Source of the DNA: the human T2T-CHM13v2.0 reference genome, Homo sapiens | Strand: one strand, 5' to 3' | NCBI RefSeq assembly: GCF_009914755.1 | Contig: NC_060925.1 | DNA: 64,000 nt | In this document: positions 1 through 14,722 of the stretch, piece after piece | Layout: every line of letters starts with the position of its first letter | Position numbering within the stretch: position 1 is the stretch's first letter | The notes under the pieces: model-generated | Database searches by the model: none | What the model saw: the letters and a program-made list of their open reading frames with translations, nothing else | Told to the model about the DNA's origin: nothing | Translations under genes and position numbers: made by a program

Positions 1-9
1 CTCATTATA

Positions 10-650
10 TAAACATTTACTGAGTGCCTACTGTGTGCCAGGCACTGTACAAGTGAAAACACACACACACAGTCCTGTCCCTGAGAAGCTCACAGTCGGG
101 TAAGAGAGGCACTTAGCAAATAAATTTTAATAGAGTGGGTTACTTTTATGAGTTAATTCTTTTAATATATAAATAGTATACTACAGAAGCACTGGATAAT
201 CAACTCTGCCTTGGGGAGTCAGAGAAAATATCATAGAGAAGGCAGACTCTTGAGTCGGATCTTGAAAGATGGACAGGAGTTTGCCATGCTACAGAAAACT
301 TCGAGGAGCCTCAGGCAGTCACTGCACATGTGCAGGACAGTGAGAAGCTTGGCATGACAGAAGCAGGGGCTGTGTGAGGGGAGTGCATAGAAAAGGAGGC
401 TGGGAACAGGACTGGGAAAGCAGCCTTGTAATCCCAACTAATTTGGGCTTTATCCAGTTTGGAAGAGTAGACAAGAAAAGATCAGAGCTAACTGTGCTTT
501 TTAGGAAAATGCCTCAGCTGGTGGTGGGGGAAGGCCTGGAGCAAGAAAATGCTGGAGGAGGGAATCCAGACGGAGATGACCGTTAGCAACACACAGCAAG
601 TCTTGGACTAAAGGCGTGTAGTAGGATCTGAGACACCACTGAAGTAGATT
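10..650 (-). mobile_element. L2 LINE remnant
   Basis: aaacatttactgagtgcctactgtgtgccaggcactgt is the typical reverse-strand L2 3' end; degenerate L2-like sequence continues past the Alu to ~1550. Confidence 0.55.
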
Positions 651-656
651 TGGTGA

Positions 657-986
<330 letters not shown>

Positions 987-1581
987 AATTTGGTGAATAA
1001 TTTTAGATTTGGTGATTAATTGGTTATAGGTGGTGAGAGAGATGGTACTACCAAGACTTCCAGCTTGGAAGGCAAGGCAGATGAAACCCATTGCAGAGAT
1101 CCTATTTAACAGGTAGAGCAGGTCTGCAGGGCAGCTGAAGCTTGTGGTGCCTCCAGGACATCCAGGTGTGCACGTGACAGCAGCTGGAAACAGAGATTGG
1201 GATCTCCTGAAAGGCTGAGGATGGAGAGGCTGCTTTGAGAGACGTTCACATGGAGGGGTTGGTTCAAGCTGCAGGAGTAAAATCACCTGGAAAGAACTTG
1301 GGGACCCAAAGGAGAAGGAACAAAGGGCATTTCAGAGATGGTCAGAAATGGGAGAGACTGGACAAGCAGCAGAGAAGGAACAGAAGGAGGAAGACACTAT
1401 CAAAGGGAGCATGAAGCAAGCAGGCACATAACAGGAAGGTCAAGGTAGATCACTAAATCTGGCAACTAGGAAGACAATGGTGGCTTAATCAAACACAGTA
1501 GTATTAGAGTAGTATAGGAAGAAGCTAGCTTACTACGGTTTGAAGTATTAAGAAAAGAAAATAAACAAGAGTAAAAAAATC

Positions 1582-1729
1582 AGCGGGGCACACTGGCTCG
1601 TGCCTATAATCCCAGTACTTTGGGAGACTGAGGCAGAAGGATCGCTTGAGCTCAGGAGTTTGAGACCAGCCTGGGCAACATAGGGAGACCCCATCTCTAA
1701 ATAAGAAAAGAAAAGAAAAAAAAAAAAAA
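1582..1729 (+). mobile_element. Free left Alu monomer (FLAM-like)
   Basis: Single left arm followed directly by an A-rich tail. Confidence 0.85.
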
Positions 1730-4700
1730 CCAAGAACAAAAGTCTGGTAGTGAAGGGAGGGAGAGACAGAGCAGTAGTTAGAAGGGGAGTTAAGGTCAGG
1801 GCTTACATTTTTGAACGATCAAGCTCATAGGAAAGCAAGAATAAGGACAAGAGTAGGCTCGTGGATCCCCCAGCTCCTGGCTGGAAGGAATGAGCCCTAG
1901 TGAAAAGCTAGGATGGTAAGGATGTGACCTGTGCAGGTGGACTCAGATATGAAGGAAGGGAAATTAAGGGAGTTCATGCCAGATGAAGAAAGCAAAGATT
2001 GGGAGGTCAGCTGGGGAATGAGACAGGGCAAAGCTCAAAGACCTTGGGGAAAGTGGCAAGGCTTGATTAAGTGTTGCTCTTGCCTGACCCTGCCTCTGAA
2101 TTTTAGTTCCCATGATGGATCCCTCTTCCTGCTTCTTCTCTCTCTGCCTCCTGCCAGATTTCCATAAGCTCACGCCCCACTGGCCTGCTTCTCTTCTCCT
2201 CCCCTGCAGCCCCGATGGGCCTTCTAGCTGCTGCTGACAAATGTGCCTTCCTACAACATCTACCATGATGGACCAGCTCTGCCTCTCTCTGGCATCTGAG
2301 CTACCTCCCATCCCCAGATCCTGGGGACTCTCCTATTGTCTCCTAAGTGATCTCTCCCTCTCCAACCCACCTCTCATCTTTCTAAAACCCTGCTTTGCAT
2401 TTTGCAACTCCCACCTTCTCAACACTCAAGATCCTACATGGGCTCTTTCTTGCCAGATGAGGCAGTTCAGCTGTGGGCTGAAGACTGGCCACAGGCCTAT
2501 TTAATTGGGCCTGCATGGTCTTTTAACAAAAAATGAAACTGATTGTCTTTACACAGGGCATGATCTGTCTAGTTAGCCACAGGCACCACCCCTCCCTATT
2601 TCCTTATATCCACTCCAGACCCAATTCATATACCCATGTTATCTGCCTAGTCTCTCTTAGATATCTGACAATGAAGTCCACAGGACCCTAGGATCCAAGG
2701 CCTTCCAGTCTCTGGCTCCCTTATGTCTCTCAAACCAGATTGTCATTACTATTCAAACTCCTTATTCCAGAAATCAGTCTGCCCAGTCTCCCCTTTCTAC
2801 CCACGGCCCTGGCATGGCCTCCCTAGACATATGTATACCTGTCTCCCACCCTGCCTTTCCTCCTATCTGCAATGCCTTCCCCTTTCCTCTCCACCTGTTA
2901 CACTGAAATCAGGCTTATATTCTACCTTCTCAAAGAGGCCTCCATGGACCATCCAAGCCCACAGCATTTTTTCAGCCTAGGCCCCCTCATTCAGCCCTTA
3001 TGTATATTTCTTTGTGCCTTCAGTTATCTTTTTTGAGTACATTTCTCATTTCCTCAAATAAGCCTGGAAATAGGGTTCTCTATTAGTCACACACAGGAAA
3101 AGCCACACAGAACAGGTCTGCCTCCATGTCATCTATCTCTCATGTGACACAACCGTTGACTCATAAATCTTGGTCATTTCCTGACAACCATAAACCACTA
3201 GAGCAAGCACAGATTCACAGTGCCTTCAGGGTAGAGGCCATGTCTCATAGTTAGTACACTGCCTAAAACCTAGCAAGGTAGTCAATAAATGTTTATGATG
3301 AGAAAATATAAAATGCAGAAAAAAACATAAAGAATAAAATAGGTTCACCACTGAGCAGTAAATTCTCTGACTTGATGAAAACAACCCCTGTTGTGATTCA
3401 CTGTCACTCAGGCATCCAAGGACAGGTATATTTTGCCAAGGCAAGAAGTTGGGACCCACTAGAAGAAGCAGGAACTAGAAGGTCCAGAGCTGCAGCCACA
3501 ATGCTGCAGTAATTTACAAAGTGAACTTGGTCAAATCTCTCAACAGTATTGATTCTTTGAGGTAATGGGATCTTTCCGCCACATACTCTGCAGAGTTAAC
3601 AACAATCTGGTGGTGAGGGAGAGCAGGTGGCTGGGCTGGAGGGACAACTGTCAGTGCAGGAGGGAAGATGACTCCTGCCAATAACTCTTGGTTCCCTTAC
3701 CCCTTATCCCAGCTTCTGTGTTGATCCCTAGGTCCACGACAGGGCATAATTCCAGCAAACACCCTTTACTCCCAGTTCCCACCCAACATGTTTGCCATAG
3801 ATACACAATGAACATAGTAGTCCCCAGCTGAAATTTTCGAAGTACAATGTTAACATGGAATTTGATAAAATTCTACCATTGGCCAGCACACACCATACTA
3901 TTCCAGATGTTGAATTAGCCCAGTGATATGACGCCTGAGTCACAGACGATGACCACATTTCTCCTTTGGCAGAAATCAAAGCCCTAAGAGAGGGTGTTCC
4001 TGAGTTCTGGAACATGAAACCTTCCAGGAGGCTGGGTGTTGGCAGGAGGGTTGGATGTAGTTGGGTACTGGAACCTCTCCCTATACCTTCTTTTCAAAGA
4101 GGTCAAATTTGAGAAATGTTTCTCCACCTTGCACTCAGAAAATATTCAATAATTGTTTGTTTCAGCTTAAGAGGAAGGTTTCAGTTTTCTAAAAAGAAGA
4201 AAAGCCAGAAGTTCTGAAGAAGGGGGCATGAGAGGGGAATAAAAGAAGCTGAGTGCATTTGGTGTAATGGAACTGAAGGGGTCTGGACCAGAGGAAATGG
4301 AAGAAGTAAGAGGGCAGGGCAGTGGTTACATTGGAAACAAGAACACTGATTTGGGAAAAGCACTTCTAAACTGACTGCCAAGGGAGGTGTCTGAAACAGT
4401 GGCGTGGGGGGAAAAGAAAGAACCAAGAGCCAGACTTGAGGTAACAAATGGCTACATATGGCAGAGACAGAAGAAAGAAGACAGACTCCTGGAAATGTGG
4501 TGTTGGAAGAGGTGTCAAGATGGCATTTGAACAAGTGGGATGGAGTGCCATATGAGGGATTTTCTTTTTTAATTTGAAGCTGTCTTCCTTCCAGCATCAG
4601 ACACTGAGGTCATCTCAGTCCCCACGTTCCCCGTCAGAACAGGAAGGGATGTGTCAAACAGCAGCGTAGGGGCAGCAACTGAGTGGCAACTGCATTTTTG

Positions 4701-5864
4701 CACCCACCGATTGACGGCCTGCCCTGAAAACAATGCCTCCCTCCCATAGGCCTCTGTAGCAATGCCATGAAGCACACAGGAAAATCATCTGTGACAAAGG
4801 TGCTCCTGGGACTAGCCATTTCAAGACAAAAGTACGAACACCCCCGGACTCAATGTACTGAGTACTGGTGCCTGGATGGCTTGACTCTGAAAAGAATCAC
4901 CCTCCTTCTGATATGACTCTCTGCACAGCAACAAGAGAGCCCCTGTGTGCCAACAATCTGTTCATTTCACTCAGCATTTCTTAAGGCAAAGCTTTAACTG
5001 TTTTCTTTTTTTCTATTTTAACAGATATTTGATTACTAAGGCATGCAGGCAGTAAACATTGAAAGCAGGCTTCTGTGTTGCAGAAGCAACTACAAGGCCA
5101 CAGAAGCTGAAAACAAATGTTTCAGAATTCCTCACGAACTTAGGCACATGTACTTTTTTTTTCTCTCTCTCTCTTTTTTAATGGAGTAAGGACAGTTCAT
5201 CGATGAAGCTTATGAATAATACCAAAAGGCCTGTGTTTTGGTCCCAACTCTTTTCAGTCACAGGGCAAACTTTCCAATCCTAGCAAAGGTGATAATAGCA
5301 GCTGACGAACTAGCTACTCTCGAAGGATTTGTTAGCAAGAGGGGGACAGTTTCTTATGAGGACCATCCTATAATAGAGCTCTATACACAAGATGTTGGTG
5401 CTGTATCACAGGACTCTTGTCAAGCTAATGCTTTGTGGCCAGGGTCTCATTTATAATGTTTTATTCATAAATGTTGCAAAAGTGAAATGAATTATTAATG
5501 GAAAGATCATCTGTCAGAGACAGGAATCATTAACAGAATTTCGTAGGGGAGAGGGTGGTTTATAGGGACTAGCAATGTAAGCACAGAGCTTTTCAGTTCT
5601 GTGGTGACCATGTGTTCAGACTGTCCTGGGTCTCCAGTAACAGAGCTGGTACCATTTGCCATCTGTCAAGGCAGCCTCTGCAAAGCACACCCGGTCAGCT
5701 TCCTCTTGGCTACTTGTCCATTTTATAAAATCTGCCATCATGATGGCACCAACAGTAGGCTTCTAGTCCCTGTGTCCAGGTTACTTGGTGATAGAACTGG
5801 ACATAAAAGGGCATTCTGCTTGAATACAGGGCATGGCTCTTTAGAATCAAACTAAGGTCTAAGA

Positions 5865-6110
5865 GTAGCTAATATTTACTTAGTACTTACTATGTACCAA
5901 ACATTATGCTAGGTGCTTTATGTGTATTAACTCATTGAATCCTCAACACCTCACCATGCCAAAGATACTATTATCCCTTTCTTACAGATGAAAAAACTAA
6001 GGCACAGACAGGTGAGATGAATTGCTCAAGGTCACACAACTTGGAATTGACAAAGCTAGGATTTAAATCCAGTTCCCCCCGCCGACTCCAAAGCCCCTAT
6101 TCTTACCAAT
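5865..6110 (-). mobile_element. MIR SINE
   Basis: Core cttacagatgaaaaaactaaggcacaga...ttgctcaaggtcacaca. Confidence 0.75.
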
Positions 6111-6354
6111 GATTTTAATAAGCATAAAGTTTGAAGAGTATAGAGCTGTCATTTTCCAGGAGATGTTTTCATAGCTGTCACTAGCATGCTGCAAAACATT
6201 TGGATCAAGGGCGAGCTAAATGTTGAAAGAGCATGTGACTTTACAGAAATGAACTTTATAGAAACCAAGGGAGATACAAGTTATAAACTTCATGACTTGG
6301 GTCCAATCGTTCCAGCCCCCTCACTTCCAAGAGACTATTAACTGACTCTGAAAA

Positions 6355-6555
6355 GTAGAGTATGGAGCCAGTCTCCTGGGGTTGGAATCTCAGCTCTGCT
6401 ACTAACCTTGAGCAAGACATTGAACCTTTTCGGGCCTCAGTTTCCTCATCTGGTAATAACAGAACTTCCCTCAAGGGTTGTCATGAATGCTAAATGAAAT
6501 AAAACATATAAGTTACTCAGAACCATGTATACCCCACAATGAATATTAACTATTA
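6355..6555 (+). mobile_element. MIR SINE
   Basis: ccttgagcaagacattgaacctttcgggcctcagtttcctcatctg core. Confidence 0.7.
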
Positions 6556-6784
6556 ATAATTTTATCAATACGGGTGTGTGGGCAAGAGGCTAAGTCCACT
6601 CGAATCTCCTTGTCTTAAAAACAGATCTGCATAGAGTTGTTATGAGGGTTAAGTGAAATAAAATCCTAAAAGCCTGGAACACGCTGACCTCATCATAAGA
6701 AGCATTCAAAAAATGCTCATTTCTTTTCTCCTTCCCAAGATAATACTATCGCTTAACCTTCAGAGACCTCGGCTTCTCATATTA

Positions 6785-7109
<325 letters not shown>

Positions 7110-8104
7110 CCTAAAAAACACGATTCTTACCTATTTCCCTCCCTTGTCTACCTGACAGGCATGTCTCAGCCAGAGCCCATCTAAGGCCAAGATGGAAGTG
7201 AGGAAACCTGGGTTCTGCTTTTAGCTCCAGCATTTGAAAAGCCACTTACCTTCCCCTCAGCCTCAATTTCCTCATTTATTCATTGTAGTACATCTCAACA
7301 AGTGTGTGCCAGATAGGGTGCTAGCTGAGAGTACTAGCTGTTAGATATGTAGAGACAGATAAATAAGGTACAGTCCCTGACTTCGAAGGGTGTATACTCT
7401 AGTGCAAAATAAAGGCATGTAAACAATTAAGTACGTTGATTGTTGTATGGACAAGACTGACAGGCAGCCCAAGGGAGGCAGTAATCAGATTTACTCCAGT
7501 AGGGCAAAGGAAGATTCAAAGAAGATAGACCTTTGAGTTAGGTCTTACAAGGTGAATGGGAGTTTCCCAGGCAGAACTAGGGGAAAGGTATCCCAACATC
7601 TGCAAAGGCTTAAAGAGACAAAATGGGGGAAGCGCAAATAATTCATTATAGCTTGAGTATAGGATACATCTAGGGGAGTTGCAGGAAAATCGGATAATAA
7701 TACCTTAACTACTTGCTTGGCAGGATTTCCATGAGACCAAAGAGAACAGTGTATTAAAACTGAAAAAGACACAGTACTGCAGAAACATCATGTGTGATTA
7801 TTATTAGTACTCTGGCAAGGCTCTTTATGGTACTTAATTTTCACCCATTTCCTCCTAGCATGAGAACTTGAGCTATCGTTTCGTTGCTTACTGCTACTTT
7901 GCCTTCTTCCTCTCTCCCCTAAGAGACAAAAGAGGATGATTTAGCATCAATCTAAGTGGAGAGGAGGGAGGAAGAAGTGAGAAGAAAAACAACCAGCTCC
8001 CTGTTTTAATTACCACAAGCCCTAAGTCCCTTAACAACGATAATGTTTCATATTTTAAAAGAGTTCAGTGCTTTCTGGCAGAAAAATAAACCTTGACCCT
8101 CAAG

Positions 8105-8326
8105 ATCATGGTTTTTCAAACGTTCTTGACGATAACTCATGATAGGAAATACATTTTATATCACAACCCAGCACACACACAGGCACGCAAAGAAAGGTTA
8201 TAAAACAATATTGATACCTGTTAAATGCAACACACTCTGACATTTTCTCTTCTTTTTATGTCATTTTAAAAAGTGTTGCTTACAATCTCATCAGTGCATC
8301 AAAACTTACAGTTTGAAAAACATCAC
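8105..8326. mobile_element. Probable hAT-Charlie-type DNA transposon remnant
   Basis: Inverted-repeat-like ends atggtttttcaaac ... gtttgaaaaacatca. Confidence 0.4.
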
Positions 8327-9339
8327 TAAAGGACAGGAGGGTTCATGGAAGACTTCAAAAGAATGGTTTGCAAGTCCCTTCCCTCTTTCTTTTCTCTTGT
8401 ATTTTAAGACACTGCAAAATAAAGCAAAGTCCAGCCCATTTTCTGGGAAATAACAAAACATTTCTGTGTGCACAGTTCACATGGTGTGTTGTTTGACAAT
8501 AAATTAGACGTTTCCATGTGGGGTTTCTTGTGTGTTTGGTTGCTGTAGCTGATTAGGCTTGTTGACAAGTAAGATTTCAAAACCCTTTCTTAGGCAGGGC
8601 CTTGGTGCTCTTTGGAAAGCAGGATCGTATGTCTCCGATGTCTTTTCAATGAGAACATTCAATAAGCAACTTTTTTCACATAAAGGGCCCCATCACACAT
8701 TCTAACCCAGAAGTGAGCAAGCATTTTGCCTCAGGGCTGCTGAAACGGGAACATGATGCCTTGATGCCTTTCCAATCATGCACACACAGATTGAAAACTC
8801 ACATCACCATCATCACTACCACCACTACCCTCAAGGAAAGAGTCTGAATCCCCATGCTGTTAGCTTTTGTGTTCAACCAAAATCCCAAAGCTGGAAAGGA
8901 ACACAAAGGTCATCTGGTCTACTCTCCTTCCAAAGAGGATAGCCAACTAAACTTTGCTGGTTCACAGGTGAGCTATTTTTCCACCGCACCACAGCAAGTA
9001 TTTGTACTCTGTGGGGCCTTCCTCATGGTAATGCACAAGCTTTAAATGTTTCTATCATCACACTTCTGAGTATGCCATTTCTCCCTCTTAGAATGTGTCT
9101 TCCTCCAGCCCATGCAAATCCCACCTATCCTTCCAGATTACATCCCAGCCCATTAAGAAGCCGTCTCCACACTCAACAGCCCCTGTCCATCCTTTCCTCT
9201 TCTGAAATAAGATTAAGCTCACTGAATTCATGCAACCATGTACCTCTTAGATACTGTTTAATAGACAGTTAATATGTACTTAGAGACTGACTTTCTAATA
9301 TGTAAAAGAAGAGGGTTCGTAAGAAACTTTAGGATTTAA

Positions 9340-9701
<362 letters not shown>

Positions 9702-10002
9702 TAGCATTTTATCATAAAGACATTTAAATCCTGCAATTATTAAAAACATGAGTATTAAGCTATTCATCTCCACATAATCAGAACCAGTGATTAGATGATG
9801 GTTAATGCCAGCACTGTTGATTTTTCTAATATACTATCATTTGGGAGATGCTTGTTTCAGGCAATTGAATTCTTACATGTAGTATGTAGGGAACTGGGGG
9901 CTTTCTCCCTAGGAAGATACTGTGGTAGGTGCTGCTGTCAAGGAAAGAGGCTCTGTGCTTGGATCCACAGAACTGTTTGGTGCTGCCCCACAAGATTCAT
10001 AT

Positions 10003-10038
10003 TCTCTCTCTCAATCTCTCTCTCCCTCTCTCTCTCTC
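10003..10038. repeat. (CT)n-rich microsatellite
   Basis: tctctctctcaatctctctctccctctctctctctc. Confidence 0.7.
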
Positions 10039-10974
10039 CACTCTTCCTTTTCATTCCCACCTTTGGTTACTAACTGTCATAAAGGATAATTGAACTTTGT
10101 AACTTGTAAAGAACTTAAAGATGGTCTATGCCACCTGATGAGGGAATCTAACCAAGAAAAGATGAGCTGATGTGCTGCAGATCACCCTTGTAGAAAATGA
10201 AAGAATTGGGGGTAAAACCCAAATCTTTCTGTTATCTAGAGAAATCAGGAGCTGGAAGTCTTCAGCCTTACACCACCTAGCTCTTGAGTTTCATTTCCCT
10301 CGTCCCTGAACTTCCTGTCTTCCACCAGGTTCCTCTGTCTTACCATTAAGGAACTTCTGAGGTCCTTGACACCAAACTGTCTTTCTTCCATTAACCAATT
10401 CCCCAATGTTGTCTTATCTCAATTGCATGACTTCTCTTATCCTACTTGGAAATTTAATTGTTCATTCTGGTTTTTCTCTTAGTCAATACCACACCTGCCA
10501 AAACCTCCCAGCTCCTTTCTTTTAACCCCTTCCGTAACTGTTGCAGACAAAATTACATACAAAACTGAAGTTTGTGACCATGACTGTCTCACAAAGGGTC
10601 CTGTTCTCTCCACCTAGGATTTTGGAATCCTTGTCTCTATCATGCTGTATACTATATTATAATATGATGAGAAAAGAAAGTTTTCTTTTTAAGCAGGCGG
10701 GTAATTTCTCAAGACACATAGCCAAGCAAATGATTATGCCTACAAGTTAAGCAGGGACAGCAGCACAGTTCATTGACACTATCTGTAAATACCAAAGTTC
10801 ATTCTTTATCAAAAACATCAATATCTTCTCCAGCTCGAGGGGAAATGCCGATTAATGTGAACCCTCTTTTTCTTGTTCTTGTCCATTTTCTTATCAATGT
10901 GTCAACGGTGTCAAAGCAGAAGACAGGACAAAAAGATGAGCGTAAAAAGTCCAGATAAATCACAAGTAGCCACA

Positions 10975-11210
10975 GAGTATGGTGGTAAATATGTGAACTC
11001 TAGAGGCCAGCTGCACAGTGAGTCTTGGTTAACAGCTGAGTGACTGGACACACTGCTTAAACTCTCAGTTTCTCCATCTGGTAAATGGGTATAATAGTAG
11101 CACCTATCTCACAGGGTTTCCATGAGAATTAAATAAGTTAATGTTTGTAAAAACACTTAGGACAATGCTTGGCACATATTAAGCACTATATAAATATTTG
11201 TTAAATAAAT
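10975..11210 (+). mobile_element. MIR SINE
   Basis: ctcagtttctccatctggtaaatgggtataatagtagcacctatctcacaggg core. Confidence 0.75.
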
Positions 11211-11662
11211 CCTCAGTTTGAAATTATTTTAACAATCACACTCTGTGTCTGCTGACCCCCAAATCTTACTAGCAGTTTCAGGACCTAGAGGCATTGTGAG
11301 GGTTTCTATACCACACCACACATACTGTATCCTCCACTATGAACTGCTACCTGATAATTCATTTTATAATTCCTTCTCATAAGGAGTAGACAGAAATGTA
11401 CTCCTGAATCTCTCTCAGCAACAGTCCCCATTGCTGCAGCCACACACACAGTGAGAAACGGCCTCTCTGCCTTACAAGACAAGTTCTGTGAAACCACAAA
11501 AGTTCTTGTCTGCCCACACATTACAAATTCTACCTGTAACCCAGAATTAGAACTGGGGAGGTGGGGCAATAGGCCACCTACTTCAGAGAAAATAAAACAA
11601 AGGGAAAATTCTACGAAACCACATGTCTTCTTGGTACAGGGCTCACAACCTTTCTCTCCTCC

Positions 11663-11890
11663 CTTTTTTTTTTTTTGGTTTTGTTTTTGTTTCTTAAGAC
11701 AGGCTCTTGCTCTGTTGTTCAGGCTGGAGTGCAGTGGTGTGATCACAGCTCACTCAACCTCAACCTCCCGGGTTCAAGCGGTTCTCCCACCTCAGCCACC
11801 CAAGTAGCTGGGACTACAGGTATGCACCACCATGGCCAGCTAATTTTAGTATTTTTCATAGAGATGGGGTTTCACCATGTTGCCCAGGCT
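11663..11890 (-). mobile_element. Alu (AluJ-like), 5' part missing
   Basis: T-rich tail, right arm, linker and part of the left arm; ends abruptly at tgcccaggct. Confidence 0.9.
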
Positions 11891-12531
11891 CTTCCTTTCT
11901 TTCTCAATTTTACTCCAATCAGGCTCTTGGCTATACCAAATGTGATGATCTCAAGATCAGCACAAGTCCACCACTTTGGTAAGGCCAGCAACACCTGGTC
12001 TTACACCACCTCTCAGGGGTACCAACACTGCTAATGCTTCCTCTCCTCGATTGCCTTCTTCTCTTTCTTCTAGTTCCCCAGAGTCTCCTGGGTTTTCCAT
12101 CCCTTCTAGGGCTCCTTTGCTGGCTGCCCCTTACCTCCTGACCTCCTTACACTGGAGGGCCTGCCCTACGGCTCCATCCTTGGTCCTCCTCTCCTTCATA
12201 TCCACATTCACGTTCATGGTGAGCTCACGCAGTCCTGTGATTTAAAATACCAGTTTCCCCCCAGGACTCTCAAATGTACATCTCCAGCCCAGACCTAAAT
12301 CTTGAATTCCTGAGTCAAACATCCAACTGTCCACTCAATAAAATTGCCACACCCCTTGGATGTCTAATAGGTTCCTAAATTTAGCTTGTCCAAAACCAAA
12401 TCTTCCCCCAAAACCTCCTCCTCTTCAGTCTTCCTCATCTTGGTTAATGACATTCCCCACCTTCTCCTCCACCTCTCATCTTCCCCTCTACCTTACCCAT
12501 CAGTAAATCCTTTAAAAAATATCTGGAATCT

Positions 12532-12841
12532 GGCCAGGTGCAGTGGCTCACACCTGTAATCCCAGTACTGTGGGAGGCCGAGGCAGGCGGATGGCTTCAG
12601 CTCAGGAGTTCGAGAGTAGCCTGGGCAACATGGTGAAACCCTGTCTCTAAAAAAATTACAAAAATTAGCCGGGCCTGGTGGCACAGGCCTGTAATCCCAG
12701 CTACTTGGGAGGCTGAGGTAGAAGGATCACTTGAGGCCAGGAGGTGGAGGTTGCAGTGAGCTGAGATTGCACCACTGCACTATAGCCTAGATGACAGAGC
12801 CAGGTCCTGTCTCAAAAAAAAAAAAACAAAAAACAAAAAAA
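12532..12841 (+). mobile_element. Alu (full length, older J/S type)
   Basis: Dimeric Alu with A-rich tail; gaatct(g) flanks. Confidence 0.95.
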
Positions 12842-12914
12842 CAGAATCTGACCATCACCTTCAACTACCATCTGGCCATGGTGATCTCTCCCGAGTACTG
12901 AAATACTCTATTAA

Positions 12915-13043
12915 CCCATTTATGCCAGGGGTTGCAAATTTCTTTTGTGAAAAATCAGAACTTGTCAATGACCTTGAGCAGTAGGATATAAATAACTCCC
13001 ACAAGCTTAGCATTCCAATAATGGAACACTAGGCATAAATAGG
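12915..13043 (-). mobile_element. MER85 piggyBac-family MITE (PGBD3-derived)
   Basis: TTAA target sites at 12911-12914 and 13044-13047; TIRs CCCATTTATGCC / GGCATAAATAGG; internal palindrome GTTCCATTATTGGAAT on the minus strand. Confidence 0.88.
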
Positions 13044-13173
13044 TTAAACAATTTTCCTGTTTTTGCTATTGCCTCATTACAGCAGTGTCTTAAAACAGTA
13101 GCCAGAGAGATACCATTAAAATATAAGTCAGATCATGTCACTCCCCTGTTTAAAACCTTCCCATAGCTTCTCA

Positions 13174-13467
<294 letters not shown>

Positions 13468-13986
13468 CTACCCCACCAGCTCCCTGACCTCATCTTCTCC
13501 TACTCCCTCTGCTCGATCCATGCAGCCATAGTGGCTTCCTGGCTGGTCAGGGCTCCTGTGCTTACCGCTTCTCCCACCTGGAACACCCTTCCCCAGACAC
13601 CAGTATGGTTCACTCCCTGACTGCCTTCACACCTCTGCTCAAAAGTCATCTTCCAGGCATCCCTCACAACACTTTTTTAAAGTGCAAACGATACCTGCTT
13701 AGCTTAGCACTCTCCAGCTCCCTTCCCTGCTTTATTTTTCCTTCCTTCCCTGATTGATTTTTCCACAGGAGACTCATCTTATTTCACTTAATTTGTTTAC
13801 CCCCATTAGAATACTTATTTTATCTTTCCTTATTAGAGTGTAAGCTCCAGGTGGGTGGCGATTTATGTCCGTTCTTGTTCACTGCTGCATTCTTACTGCC
13901 TAGTAAGTGCCTGGTACACCACAGATGCTCCGTAAAGATTTGCTGAATGAATGGGAATGATGGCTTGCTTGGGTCCTCTTACCTAC

Positions 13987-14722
13987 CTAAGACAGTCATC
14001 ACCGTCTTCATTAGCTTCATGGGTGTCCTCCGGCGGCTGATGGACCCACTTGTATGCGGAGACAAGACGTTGGTTTTCCTCTTGACGTACACGTAGATCC
14101 GCAGGTACACCACAACCATGATGAGGAAGGCCATGAGGTTGGACACTGTCCAGAAAACAAGGTAACTCCTGCTGTAAATGGGGGCCAGGGAAGAGCAGGC
14201 AGAGATGTTGCAGAGGCAATTCCAGCCCAGTGTGGGGACCGCCCCCATAAAAATGGCGATGGCCCAGACAAGCAAAATGAGCAGTGTCACCCTCTTTTTG
14301 GTCAGGTTGCTATGGACCCGCATCCTCATGATTGACATGTGCCTCTCCACGGCGATAACCAGCAAGTTGGTGAGGGAAGCAGTCAAGCTACTGTCCAGAA
14401 GCCCCTGACGGAGAAACCAGCGGTTGACAGTCAAAGTTTTTGAAACTGGGCCTGTGTTAAACATCAGGAATACATAGGCAATTCCAGCGAAGAAATCGGC
14501 AGCAGCTAAATTAGCCAACAGGTAGTAGAAGGGGAAATGAAATTTTCTGTTTTTGATCACTGCCGCGATGACCAGAGAATTAGAAAAAAAAATAAACAGG
14601 CAGAAAAACGTCCCAACACACAAAACAATCACAAGCTTTGTTCCTGTCCAGTCATCGACAGTATCAGTGTTGCTCCTATTATAAAAAAAGTCCATGTGCT
14701 TGTCATAGTGACACTCATTCAT
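13987..14722 (-). CDS. LPAR3: Lysophosphatidic acid receptor 3 (EDG7), first coding exon: codons 1-245 plus 1 nt; the remainder lies beyond the left edge of the window
   Basis: Translation MNECHYDKHMDFFYNRSNTDTVDDWTGTKLVIVLCVG... with class A GPCR motifs (TM1 FSN, TM2 NLAAAD, TM3 AVERH). It ends ...KTVMTVL-G at the donor TTAG|GTAGGT, matching the TM6 intron conserved in EDG-family LPA receptors. Confidence 0.98.

Noticed and set aside
13979-14722. 247-aa ORF as a complete protein
   Set aside because: The last residues (GR*) come from reading into intron 2; the real CDS splices at 13987 to an exon outside the window.
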